From positions 5,983 through 69,982 of the forward strand of contig PDQZ01000008.1 of the NCBI GenBank assembly GCA_002747955.1: a stretch of DNA of 64,000 bases, written 5' to 3'. This stretch comes from Candidatus Campbellbacteria bacterium (lineage in GTDB: Bacteria > Patescibacteriota > Minisyncoccia > Phycocordibacterales > GCA-2747955). Position 1 is the stretch's first letter. The number at the start of each line of letters is the position of its first letter. The notes below the pieces were generated by a model. That model saw only the letters and a program-made list of their open reading frames with translations. It was not told where the DNA came from and did no database searches. Positions 56,455 to 64,000 of the stretch are shown piece after piece. Made by a program: the position numbers and the translations under genes.

Positions 56455-57025
56455 GTGAAAAACCACCAGCTTTAGCTGGTGTGTGCGTTTAAAAACGTAG
56501 TTAGTATAATTTCCGCAAGGAAAGTGTTTTAACAATTAATATAATCTAAAATGAATCAAAGACTATATCACTTAAATCATAGCACATGGATTTGTGATTA
56601 CCACATTGTTTGGTGTCCAAAATACAGAGGAAATGTGTTGGAAGACAAGTATATTAAAAATCAATTAAAAACAATGTTTAAAAATATTGTAAAGTGGAAA
56701 GGTTTAATTATTCACGCTTGGCACATTGGTGATAATCATATACATTTATACATATCAATCCCGCCAAAATATTCAACTGCATACACAATACAAATTTTGA
56801 AAGGAAAAACTTCAGCATGGATAAAAAAGAAAACAAAAAAATTTCCAAGGGGAACTTTATGGCAAAGAGGATATTTTGTATCAACAATTGGTTTAAACAA
56901 ACACCAAATTAAAAACTACATTAACGATCAATCTCACCACCAAATAGAACTGACTCAGAAAAAGTTATTCTAGCCCACAACGTGGGCAAGATAAAAGCGA
57001 CCAGCGTTTAGCTGGTCGTTTTTAC
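56455..57025 (+). mobile_element. IS200-type insertion sequence (tnpA only) with subterminal hairpins
   Basis: left hairpin CACCAGCTTTAGCTGGTG (56457-56480), right hairpin GACCAGCGTTTAGCTGGTC (57000-57021) flanking tnpA. Confidence 0.7.
56551..56973 (+). CDS. tnpA: IS200/IS605-family Y1 (HUH) transposase TnpA
   Basis: HUH motif HIGDNHIHLYISIPPKYS and catalytic Tyr region LWQRGYFVSTIG; 140 aa. Confidence 0.85.
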   Translation: MNQRLYHLNHSTWICDYHIVWCPKYRGNVLEDKYIKNQLKTMFKNIVKWKGLIIHAWHIGDNHIHLYISIPPKYSTAYTIQILKGKTSAWIKKKTKKFPRGTLWQRGYFVSTIGLNKHQIKNYINDQSHHQIELTQKKLF

Positions 57026-57067
57026 TTTTTTAAATGCCAAAAGATTTTTTTATGTTAAAATATATTT

Positions 57068-57790
57068 ATGAAAAAAGAAATAATAAAAAAAGATATAACA
57101 TTTAAAATGAAAGATAAAGGTGAGATTTATGCTGATTTTTATTCTTCAAAAAGTAAAAAATGTATTGTTATAATACACGGACTTTTTGGAAATTCATCTG
57201 AACACCAGTTTTATAATTCAGCAAGGTTTTTTGCCAAAAAAGGTTACGATGTTTACGCTTTAAACATGTATACAATGGGAAAAAGGCAGATTGATAAAAA
57301 TAGTATAACTCAACAAGTAAAAGATTTAGAGGAAATTTATGAAAAAGTAAAAAGAAAATATCAGAAAATATTTTTAATAGGTCATTCAATCGGTGGACCA
57401 ATTATCTATTTATCAAAAGTGGCCCAACAAGAAAACAAAGTTCAAGCTTGTGCTTTGTGGGAACCAACCATAAATCCAGTTGGAGTTGAAAAAGATTTTA
57501 AGTTTAAAAAAGGAATAAACGCTTACTATACTTTTGGTTTTTTAGTTTCTAAAAAAATGGTTTCTGATTTGAAAAAATTAACTTCAGAAAAGATTTCAAA
57601 AATCAAAAAACCTTTTTTGTTGGTTTTAAATACAAAAGGCGGGCTTTATAAAAATTGGAAAAAAGCTTATGAGTTTATTAGAACTGATTATGAAACTTTG
57701 TATTTAAAAAACTCAGGACATAATTTTTCTAAAAATAATCAAGATCAGATTTTGTATAAAGAGACTTTGAAATATTTTAATAAATTTTAA
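57068..57790 (+). CDS. alpha/beta-hydrolase fold protein
   Basis: nucleophile elbow GHSIGG, HGLFGN oxyanion region. Confidence 0.6.
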   Translation: MKKEIIKKDITFKMKDKGEIYADFYSSKSKKCIVIIHGLFGNSSEHQFYNSARFFAKKGYDVYALNMYTMGKRQIDKNSITQQVKDLEEIYEKVKRKYQKIFLIGHSIGGPIIYLSKVAQQENKVQACALWEPTINPVGVEKDFKFKKGINAYYTFGFLVSKKMVSDLKKLTSEKISKIKKPFLLVLNTKGGLYKNWKKAYEFIRTDYETLYLKNSGHNFSKNNQDQILYKETLKYFNKF

Positions 57791-57794
57791 GTTT

Positions 57795-58045
57795 TTGTAA
57801 TGGGTCTTGTTTTGAAAGAGGGCTCGGCACCAGTTCTAAACTCAGACTTCGCATTCGCTCGTCTTCGTTAAGAACTCGTTGCCTCGATTTAAAGCATTTC
57901 CGAGCACTTTTTGTGGTTGTGTTTTAAAAGTGCTTGGTCGAGCCTGGAAAGAAAGAGGGCTCGGCACCAGTTCTAAGCTCACTTCCTCACTGCGTTCGTC
58001 GTTTGCTAAGAACTCGTCGCCTCGTTTTTTCGAGCCCTCTTTTTT
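57795..58045. repeat. two direct repeats resembling tRNA-Leu 3' end (AAAGAGGGCTCGGCACCAGTTCTAA...) plus segment shared with 40985-41030
   Basis: 57829-57880 vs 57955-58020; GAGGGCTCG matches tRNA-Leu T-arm region. Confidence 0.55.
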
Positions 58046-58180
58046 GTAAAAAATAATACAAAATAATTCCTGCGCACTGCTCGGAATGTATTTTGTTTAT
58101 TTTTACACAAAAAACACCTGAACTTGATTGTACTGTTACAAAACAAAAACTTAACTTCGGTTAAAAAGTTAAGTTGCTTG

Positions 58181-58262
58181 TACCCGAAAGAGGGCTCGAA
58201 CCTCCATGGATTGCTCCACTGGTTCCTAAGACCAGCGCGTCTACCAATTCCGCCATTCGGGC
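58181..58262 (-). tRNA. tRNA-Leu (anticodon TAG), type II
   Basis: acceptor GCCCGAA/TTCGGGT, D-loop AATTGGTAGA, anticodon stem CTGGT/ACCAG loop CTTAGGA, long variable arm, T-arm GAGGTTCGAGCCCTC. Confidence 0.8.
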
Positions 58263-58337
58263 AGGTTCTAGTATTTTAACAGATTTATGTATTTTTTCAA
58301 GTTTATGATATAATTATTTTCATATAATTATAACAAT

Positions 58338-59279
58338 ATGGCATCGTTAAAAACATTGAAAGGAAAAATGGCTGGGATCAAAAAAACAGCCAAAGTAACA
58401 AAAGCAATGGAATCAATTTCTGCAATCAAAATGCGATCAGCACAAAAAAAAGCAATCGCATCAAGAGAATATTCTTTCCGAGTTTTTTCAATTGTAAAAA
58501 GAGTTTCAAAACTTTTTTTGCATGATAATGTAGATTTATTTTTCAAACAAAAATTAGACAACTTACACCCAACTGTAATTTTACTGATATCTCCTGACAA
58601 AGGTTTAACAGGGGGAATGAACAATTTTCTATTTAAAAAAGTAGACGAAGTTATCAAAGACCAAGAATTTACAAAAGAGAATTTATCTTTTGTTTGTGTA
58701 GGTAAAAAAGGTTACGAGTATGTTTCTAAAAAAGGTTTTGAAGTGATCAAATATTTTGATTTGATTGCCGAAAAATCAACAACAGAAGAAATCAAAGAAG
58801 TTTCAGAATACATGCAGTCTTTATATGCTGAAAACAAGTGTGCCCGAATAAAAGTAATTTATACAACTTTTATCAACACCTCTGAACAAACTCCAAAAGT
58901 AAGAAGAATTTTACCCATCAACTACAAAGATACAAAAAAGTTTATCAAAGAAATTTTACCAGACAAAGGAAAGTTTTCAGATATTGAACACAACATCGAT
59001 ATTGATCACTCAGATGTTGGATCATACTTGTTTGAACCGGACATTAAAGATGCGGTGAAAACTTTAACTGAGTATGTAATGCACATCGGAGTATACCACT
59101 CAATTTTAGAAGCTTTTGCTTCAGAACATTCAGCCAGAATGTTGGCAATGAAAAACTCAACAGATAAGGCCGATGAGCTTTCAGAAAATATCAGAAAGAA
59201 AGTAAACAAAGAAAGACAAGCTCAAATTACAAAAGAAATTTCAGAAATTGTTTCTGGAATTGAGTCAATGAAAAAATAA
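58338..59279 (+). CDS. atpG: F-ATPase gamma subunit
   Basis: MASLKTLKGKMAGIKKTAKVTKAMESISAIKMRSAQ N-terminus and helical C-terminus typical of gamma. Confidence 0.8.
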   Translation: MASLKTLKGKMAGIKKTAKVTKAMESISAIKMRSAQKKAIASREYSFRVFSIVKRVSKLFLHDNVDLFFKQKLDNLHPTVILLISPDKGLTGGMNNFLFKKVDEVIKDQEFTKENLSFVCVGKKGYEYVSKKGFEVIKYFDLIAEKSTTEEIKEVSEYMQSLYAENKCARIKVIYTTFINTSEQTPKVRRILPINYKDTKKFIKEILPDKGKFSDIEHNIDIDHSDVGSYLFEPDIKDAVKTLTEYVMHIGVYHSILEAFASEHSARMLAMKNSTDKADELSENIRKKVNKERQAQITKEISEIVSGIESMKK

Positions 59280-59337
59280 AACAAGCAGGAGGCTTGTTTT
59301 GTTTTTTTGGCTTTTATTTTTTTTGTTTTTTGCTTTG

Positions 59338-59367
59338 CCGCGCAGGTTTCGCCTGCGCGGATTTTTT
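59338..59367 (+). terminator. GC hairpin CCGCGCAGG-TTTCG-CCTGCGCGG + T-run
   Basis: seen in sequence. Confidence 0.55.
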
Positions 59368-59390
59368 ATTTTAATTTTAGGTTTGAGTTT

Positions 59391-59436
59391 GCACGATTTT
59401 GACTGTTTGGTGGTTGTGTTTGTCAAAATCGTGCTT
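59391..59436. repeat. hairpin family C copy with loop in reverse orientation (TGTTTGGTGGTTGTGTTTG)
   Basis: stem GCACGATTTTGAC/GTCAAAATCGTGC. Confidence 0.55.
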
Positions 59437-59560
59437 TTCTGATTTCTGAACAAAAATTTAGATATTTTTCCAAAATTTTTTAAAAAATCTTTTATGTGGA
59501 TATGTTGTCGACTATTGATGTGATTTTGTCTTTTTTTCCTTATTTTTCATAAAATTCATG

Positions 59561-59588
59561 TTGACTTTTTCTGTGAATTTGTTAAAAT
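59561..59588 (+). promoter_or_regulatory. promoter TTGACT-16-TAAAAT upstream of ribosomal protein cluster
   Basis: seen in sequence; second TATAAA 2 nt before rpsS ATG. Confidence 0.45.
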
Positions 59589-59608
59589 ATTCACACTTTT
59601 TATAAATT

Positions 59609-59935
59609 ATGACAAGATCAATTAAAAAAGGGCCATACGTGGACGAAAATTTAATGAAAAAAATAGCTGGAAAAAAACCAGAAGACACAGGTACAATTAA
59701 AACTTGGGCTCGTGCTTCTCAAATTCACCCAGACATGATTGGATTTACTTTTGGAGTACACAATGGTAGAAAACACATAGATGTTTTTGTAACAGAAGAA
59801 ATGGTAGGACACAGACTAGGAGAATTTGCAGCAACAAAAACTTTCCATAGACATGGAGGTAAAATGCAAAAAGAACTAGATCAAAAGAAAAGAGAAGCAG
59901 AAATCTCAGCAGCAAAAGCTGCAAAGGCTGCTTAA
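59609..59935 (+). CDS. rpsS: 30S ribosomal protein S19 (with A/K-rich C-terminal extension)
   Basis: [14 protein letters not shown]...[27 protein letters not shown]. Confidence 0.9.
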   Translation: MTRSIKKGPYVDENLMKKIAGKKPEDTGTIKTWARASQIHPDMIGFTFGVHNGRKHIDVFVTEEMVGHRLGEFAATKTFHRHGGKMQKELDQKKREAEISAAKAAKAA

Positions 59936-59953
59936 TAAATAAATATTATTATT

Positions 59954-60295
59954 ATGAAAGTTAAAGCAAGTATTAAAAATTTAAGATCTACACCAAGAAA
60001 AGCAAGATTGATTGCTGATTTTATTCGTGGTAAAGACTTAAAAATAGCAAAAGCAGAACTTAAATTTGTGAACAAAAAAGCAGCAGCTGACTTTTTAGAT
60101 TTATTAAAATCAGCAGAAAGCAACGCAAAAAACAATTTTGATTTAAAAGCAGATAACTTATTTGTTGAATCAATTTCAGTTGACGCAGGAGCTGCTTTAA
60201 AAAGACACAGAGCTGGTTCAAATGGTAGAGCTTTACCATTTAAAAGAAGATTATCAAATATAAATCTTGTTTTATCAGAAAAAGAAACTAAATAA
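59954..60295 (+). CDS. rplV: 50S ribosomal protein L22
   Basis: KASIKNLRSTPRKARLIADFIRGK. Confidence 0.9.
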   Translation: MKVKASIKNLRSTPRKARLIADFIRGKDLKIAKAELKFVNKKAAADFLDLLKSAESNAKNNFDLKADNLFVESISVDAGAALKRHRAGSNGRALPFKRRLSNINLVLSEKETK

Positions 60296-60308
60296 TCAAT
60301 TATAAATT

Positions 60309-60971
60309 ATGACACATATAGTACATCCGTATGCACACAGATTGGGAGGACTTAGAGATTGGAAATCTCAATGGACTTTCTCAAATAAAGAAGACTACAA
60401 AAGGTTTTTAAAAACTGACCAAATCGTTAGAGCTTTTTTAGAAAAAGAATTAGGAAATTCTTTTGTTTCTTCAATCCAATTCCAAAGACACTCAGACGAC
60501 AGATATGTTGTAAAAATTTACACATCAAGAGTTGGGATGATTGTTGGAAAAGATGGAAAAGGAGTTGAAAAACTTACACAAAAAGTTAAAAAACAACTAA
60601 AGAAAAACAATCTAGTTGTACCAACAAACTTAAAAATTGATTTAGAAGAAGTTTCTTCTCCTGATTCTGATGCTGGAATTGTTGCAGCAACAGTTAAAGA
60701 AGGTTTAGAAAGAAAAATGCCTTTCAGGAGAGTTCTAAAAACAGCGATTGAAAAATCAATGGCAGACAGAAACGTAAAAGGAATTAAAATTTCTGTTTCA
60801 GGAAGACTTGGGGGAGCAGATATGGCTAGAAAAGAATACCTTAAAAAAGGAAGAATTCCACTTTCAACATTCAGAGCAGATGTTGATTACAGAGAAGCAA
60901 GAGCAAATCTTCCATATGGTGTTATTGGTGTGAAAGTGTGGATTTACAGAGGTGAAATTTTTGATAAATAA
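60309..60971 (+). CDS. rpsC: 30S ribosomal protein S3
   Basis: KH domain GMIVGKDGKGVEKL; C-terminal GRLGGADMARKEYLKKGRIPLSTFRADVDY. Confidence 0.9.
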   Translation: MTHIVHPYAHRLGGLRDWKSQWTFSNKEDYKRFLKTDQIVRAFLEKELGNSFVSSIQFQRHSDDRYVVKIYTSRVGMIVGKDGKGVEKLTQKVKKQLKKNNLVVPTNLKIDLEEVSSPDSDAGIVAATVKEGLERKMPFRRVLKTAIEKSMADRNVKGIKISVSGRLGGADMARKEYLKKGRIPLSTFRADVDYREARANLPYGVIGVKVWIYRGEIFDK

Positions 60972-61010
60972 TTCAACTTTTGTTTAAAATTATAAATTAT
61001 AAAAAATATT

Positions 61011-61436
61011 ATGTTATTTCCAAATAAAGTAAAACATAGAAAATGGCAAACTGGTAGAAAAAACTCAGTTAAGCTTGCAGAAAAAGTAGCAACAAAAGGA
61101 ACAAAAGTTTCATTTGGAGATTTTGGTTTAAAAGCAATGTCTCAAGCAAGAGTTACTTCAAACCAAATCGAAGCAGCCAGAAAAGCAATTAAAAGACATG
61201 TAGGAAAACTTGGAACAGTTTACATCAGAGTTTTTCCAGACAGGCCTGTAACACAAAAAGCAGCAGAAGTTGGTATGGGTAAAGGTAAAGGTGATCCACA
61301 ACACTTTTGTGTGGAAGTTTTCACAGGAAGAGTTTTGTTTGAAGTTACAGGGGTGAAAGAAGAAGTAGCTCGTGAAGCTTTGAGAAAAGGTGGAACAAAA
61401 TTACCAGTTAAAACAAAAGTTATTGAAAGAAAATAA
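61011..61436 (+). CDS. rplP: 50S ribosomal protein L16
   Basis: MLFPNKVKHRKWQTGRK ... RMGKGKGDP-like GMGKGKGDPQHF. Confidence 0.9.
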   Translation: MLFPNKVKHRKWQTGRKNSVKLAEKVATKGTKVSFGDFGLKAMSQARVTSNQIEAARKAIKRHVGKLGTVYIRVFPDRPVTQKAAEVGMGKGKGDPQHFCVEVFTGRVLFEVTGVKEEVAREALRKGGTKLPVKTKVIERK

Positions 61437-61445
61437 TATTTTATT

Positions 61446-61622
61446 ATGAAAGATTTAATCAAAAAAAGTACAAAAGACTTAACAAAAGAGCTTAAAGCTT
61501 TAAAAGAAAAAAACAGAGAAATTTCTTTTTCAGCAGGAGGAGCTGTTTCAAAAGACTCTTTTGAAAAAAGAAAAAACAGAAAACAAATTGCAAAAATTTT
61601 AACTGTGTTAAATAAAAAATAA
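61446..61622 (+). CDS. rpmC: 50S ribosomal protein L29 (58 aa, below ORF-track cutoff)
   Basis: manual translation [26 protein letters not shown]...; position between rplP and rpsQ. Confidence 0.75.
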   Translation: MKDLIKKSTKDLTKELKALKEKNREISFSAGGAVSKDSFEKRKNRKQIAKILTVLNKK

Positions 61623-61626
61623 AATT

Positions 61627-61866
61627 ATGACAACAGATAAAAATATTAAAACATTTACAGGAGTTGTTTCTTCAGACAAAATGAAAGATACTACTGTTGT
61701 GAATGTAGAATCTTACACAAAACACCCAAAATACGGAAAATTTGTTAAAAAAACAAAAAAATTCAAAGTTCACGATGCTGGAAACACAGCAAAAGTGGGT
61801 GACAAAGTAGAAATCACAGAGACAAAACCAATCTCTAAAACTAAAAGATTTATTTTAGTAAAATAA
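61627..61866 (+). CDS. rpsQ: 30S ribosomal protein S17
   Basis: [41 protein letters not shown]. Confidence 0.9.
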   Translation: MTTDKNIKTFTGVVSSDKMKDTTVVNVESYTKHPKYGKFVKKTKKFKVHDAGNTAKVGDKVEITETKPISKTKRFILVK

Positions 61867-61896
61867 TTTGGTTATTAAATTTATTAACAAAACAAT

Positions 61897-62268
61897 ATGA
61901 TACAACCACAAACAATAGTAAAAGTAACAGACAACTCAGGGGCTTTGCAAGCAAGAGTATTTAAAGTTTTAGGAGGTTCAAAAAAAAGATATGCAAGAAT
62001 TGGAGATATTGTTGTTGCTTCAGTGCAATCAGCACAACCAAGAAAAACTGTAAAGAAAAAAGATGTTGTTTACGGGGTTGTTGTAAGGCAAAAACAACCT
62101 TTCAGAAGAAAAGATGGTTCTTATATTTATTTTGATGAAAACTCAATCGTTTTGATCTCAAAAGAAAAAAAAGAACCTATCGCAGGTAGAATTTTCGGAC
62201 CAATTCCAAGAGAAGTTCAAGAACTTGGTTATCAAAAAATTGCTTCTTTAGCACCAGAAGTACTTTAA
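61897..62268 (+). CDS. rplN: 50S ribosomal protein L14
   Basis: MIQPQTIVKVTDNSGA... Confidence 0.9.
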   Translation: MIQPQTIVKVTDNSGALQARVFKVLGGSKKRYARIGDIVVASVQSAQPRKTVKKKDVVYGVVVRQKQPFRRKDGSYIYFDENSIVLISKEKKEPIAGRIFGPIPREVQELGYQKIASLAPEVL

Positions 62269-62312
62269 TTTATCTACTTAAAATTATTATTAAAAAACCT
62301 ATAAAAAATATT

Positions 62313-62621
62313 ATGAAGTTTAAAACAGGAGACAATGTAATTGTGATTGCCGGAAAAGACAAAGGCAAAGAATCTAAAATAGTAAAAATTTTCTCAAAAG
62401 AAAATAAGGTTGTTTTAGAAGGAGTGAATTTAAAAAAGAAACATATAAAAGCCTATGGACAACAAGAAGGTGGTATTTTAGAAATTCCATCTCCAATCGA
62501 TATTTCAAATATTGCTATTATTGATCCAAAAACTAAAAAAGCTTCAAGAGTAGGTTTTACATTTGACAAAAAAGGTAAAAAAATCAGAATTGCCAAAAAG
62601 TCAGGAAGTGAAATTAAATAA
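62313..62621 (+). CDS. rplX: 50S ribosomal protein L24
   Basis: KFKTGDNVIVIAGKDKGKESKIVKI (KOW motif). Confidence 0.85.
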   Translation: MKFKTGDNVIVIAGKDKGKESKIVKIFSKENKVVLEGVNLKKKHIKAYGQQEGGILEIPSPIDISNIAIIDPKTKKASRVGFTFDKKGKKIRIAKKSGSEIK

Positions 62622-62630
62622 TAAAATATT

Positions 62631-63185
62631 ATGAATAATCAAGGAGTAAAAGAAAAAATAAATACAGGATTTGAAATTTTGAAAGATAAAATTTCAATCA
62701 AAAACAAAATGCAAAGTCCAAAGTTGGAGAAAGTAACTATTTCTGTGGGGGTTGGAAAATTCAGAGATGACAAAAGAAAACTTGAGGTTGTACAAGACAG
62801 ACTTGAAAAAATCACAGGGCAAAAACCAGTTGTAGCTGCAGCTAAAAAATCAATCGCTACTTACAAAGTAAGAGAAGGTGATGTTTCAGGTTACAAAGTA
62901 ACTTTAAGAGGAGAACAAATGTATTCATTTGTTGACAAACTTATCAATATTTCTTTACCTAGAACAAAAGACTTTAGAGGAATTTCTAAAAAATCTGTTG
63001 ATCAAATGGGTAACTTAACAATTGGGGTTAAAGAACATATTGTTTTTGCTGAAACACCAGACGAAGAGATTAAAGATATTTTCGGACTATCTGTAACCTT
63101 AACTTCAACAGCAGAAAGCAAAGAAGATGCGATTACATTTTTTGAATACATTGGTATTCCTTTTAAAAAAGAAGAAACTAAATAA
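62631..63185 (+). CDS. rplE: 50S ribosomal protein L5
   Basis: KVTISVGVG...YKVTLRGEQMYSFVDKLINISLPRTKDFRG. Confidence 0.9.
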   Translation: MNNQGVKEKINTGFEILKDKISIKNKMQSPKLEKVTISVGVGKFRDDKRKLEVVQDRLEKITGQKPVVAAAKKSIATYKVREGDVSGYKVTLRGEQMYSFVDKLINISLPRTKDFRGISKKSVDQMGNLTIGVKEHIVFAETPDEEIKDIFGLSVTLTSTAESKEDAITFFEYIGIPFKKEETK

Positions 63186-63191
63186 AATATT

Positions 63192-63440
63192 ATGAAAAAA
63201 GATATACACCCAGAAAATAGAGAAATTGTTTTTGTTGATAAAGAAGCAAACTATGTTTTAAAAGCATTGTCTACTTTAAAAACAGAAGATACTTACGAAT
63301 TTGAAGGAAAAGAATATCCAGCAGTTTTTGTTGAAATTTCTTCAGCATCACACCCTTTCTATACAGGAAATACAAAAACTCTTGATACTGCAGGGAGAGT
63401 TGATAAGTTTAAGAAACGATTCGAAAAGGCAAAGAGCTAA
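63192..63440 (+). CDS. rpmE: 50S ribosomal protein L31 (non-zinc type) at the position normally held by S14
   Basis: [14 protein letters not shown]...[24 protein letters not shown]. Confidence 0.8.
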   Translation: MKKDIHPENREIVFVDKEANYVLKALSTLKTEDTYEFEGKEYPAVFVEISSASHPFYTGNTKTLDTAGRVDKFKKRFEKAKS

Positions 63441-63563
63441 AAATTTGAAAAATGAGCAGTCAACTTCGTTAGAGGTACAAAAAATCCCCTCACCGTATAT
63501 CAAATACGACTCGGGGATTTTTGTTTGCTTCCTCGTTATCCATCTTGTTTTTCAAGTTTTTTT
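63438..63563 (+). repeat. MITE-like repeat family A, copy A8; begins on rpmE stop codon
   Basis: AAAAATTTGAAAAATGAG ... CATCTTGTTTTTCAAGTTTTT; central AAAAATCCCC...GGGGATTTTT hairpin. Confidence 0.65.
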
Positions 63564-63577
63564 GTGTTTGGGAATTG

Positions 63578-63623
63578 ACGTCGAGCACCATTGTTTTTTT
63601 AAAAAAAACAATGGTGCTCGACA
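63578..63623. repeat. perfect palindrome GTCGAGCACCATTGTTTTTTT/AAAAAAACAATGGTGCTCGAC
   Basis: seen in sequence. Confidence 0.5.
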
Positions 63624-63702
63624 TTAAATTTCTGCCGTTTTTTAAAAACTTGAAAAACACCAAAAAACAAAGGTGTTTTTCTTTTACTCTACAACACAAA
63701 AA

Positions 63703-63748
63703 GCAGAATTTTGGCAAACCACAACCACCCAGCCAAAATTCTGCTTTT
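63703..63748. repeat. hairpin family C copy (stem GCAGAATTTTGG, loop CAAACCACAACCACCCAG)
   Basis: seen in sequence; T-run follows. Confidence 0.55.
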
Positions 63749-63806
63749 TTATAAACCTATATTTTCATATTTTTAATTTTGCCCTAAAGGCCTTTTATAA
63801 GTTATT

Positions 63807-64000
63807 TTACTTAATACTTTTTTTAAGCTCGTCAATTTCTTTTTGAGATAAAACTTTGTACTCTCCAACTTTTAAATTTCCAAGTTTTATGTTCATAAAT
63901 CTCACTCTTTTTAAACCTAAAACTGTATATCCAAGTGCTGCACACATTCTACGAATTTGGTGTTTTTTTCCTTCAGTTAAAATCAAGGAAAAAGTTCGGG
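63807..64000 (-). CDS. RsuA/RluB-family pseudouridine synthase, C-terminal part (5' end beyond window)
   Basis: HQIRRMCAALGYTVLGLKRVRFMNIKLGNLKVGEYKVLSQKEIDELKK. Confidence 0.7.
   Translation of the reverse strand, partial: RTFSLILTEGKKHQIRRMCAALGYTVLGLKRVRFMNIKLGNLKVGEYKVLSQKEIDELKKSIK

Noticed and set aside
1-64000. Alternative genetic code (TGA as Trp or Gly, as in code 4 or code 25 lineages)
   Set aside because: Conserved proteins (LeuRS 955 aa, LysRS, SerRS, NusA and others) are full length under the standard code, Trp positions checked use TGG, and prfB is present. Only TGA avoidance is reported as a finding.

Overview
This is an AT-rich (about 30% GC) bacterial chromosomal segment encoding mostly housekeeping genes. 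The genes recognised, in order along the window: SNF2 helicase, UvrD-type helicase/nuclease, dprA, leuS, scpA, eno, hup, cysS, nusA, murA, a short atpH, rpmA, parB, trmL-like, prfB, a truncated atpC, lysS, rpiB, serS, bcp, atpG, and a partial S10/spc ribosomal block (rpsS, rplV, rpsC, rplP, rpmC, rpsQ, rplN, rplX, rplE, then rpmE). RNA genes found: a complete 16S rRNA with no 23S or tRNA downstream, and tRNA-Arg(CCT), tRNA-Ser(GCT) and tRNA-Leu(TAG). There is one IS200-type tnpA with hairpin ends, a probable T-box leader upstream of serS, and two type IV pilin genes. The gene content, small peptides, divergent 16S primer sites and many membrane or secreted hypotheticals suggest a reduced, CPR/Patescibacteria-like genome; that placement is inference. 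The most unusual signals are not in the proteins. At least four families of intergenic repeats occur: a roughly 120-bp MITE-like element with 17-bp terminal inverted repeats that repeatedly abuts gene stop codons; perfect palindromes of about 90 nt with compensatory substitutions; hairpins with a conserved ACAACCAC loop; and tRNA 3'-end-derived repeats. The 16S 3' end lacks the CCUCC anti-Shine-Dalgarno core, and most genes show a TATAAT box 5-13 nt upstream of the ATG with no Shine-Dalgarno sequence, suggesting leaderless initiation. No TGA stop codon was seen in about 65 genes even though prfB is present. LeuRS carries an inserted Nudix-like domain. ATP synthase genes are scattered rather than in one operon.
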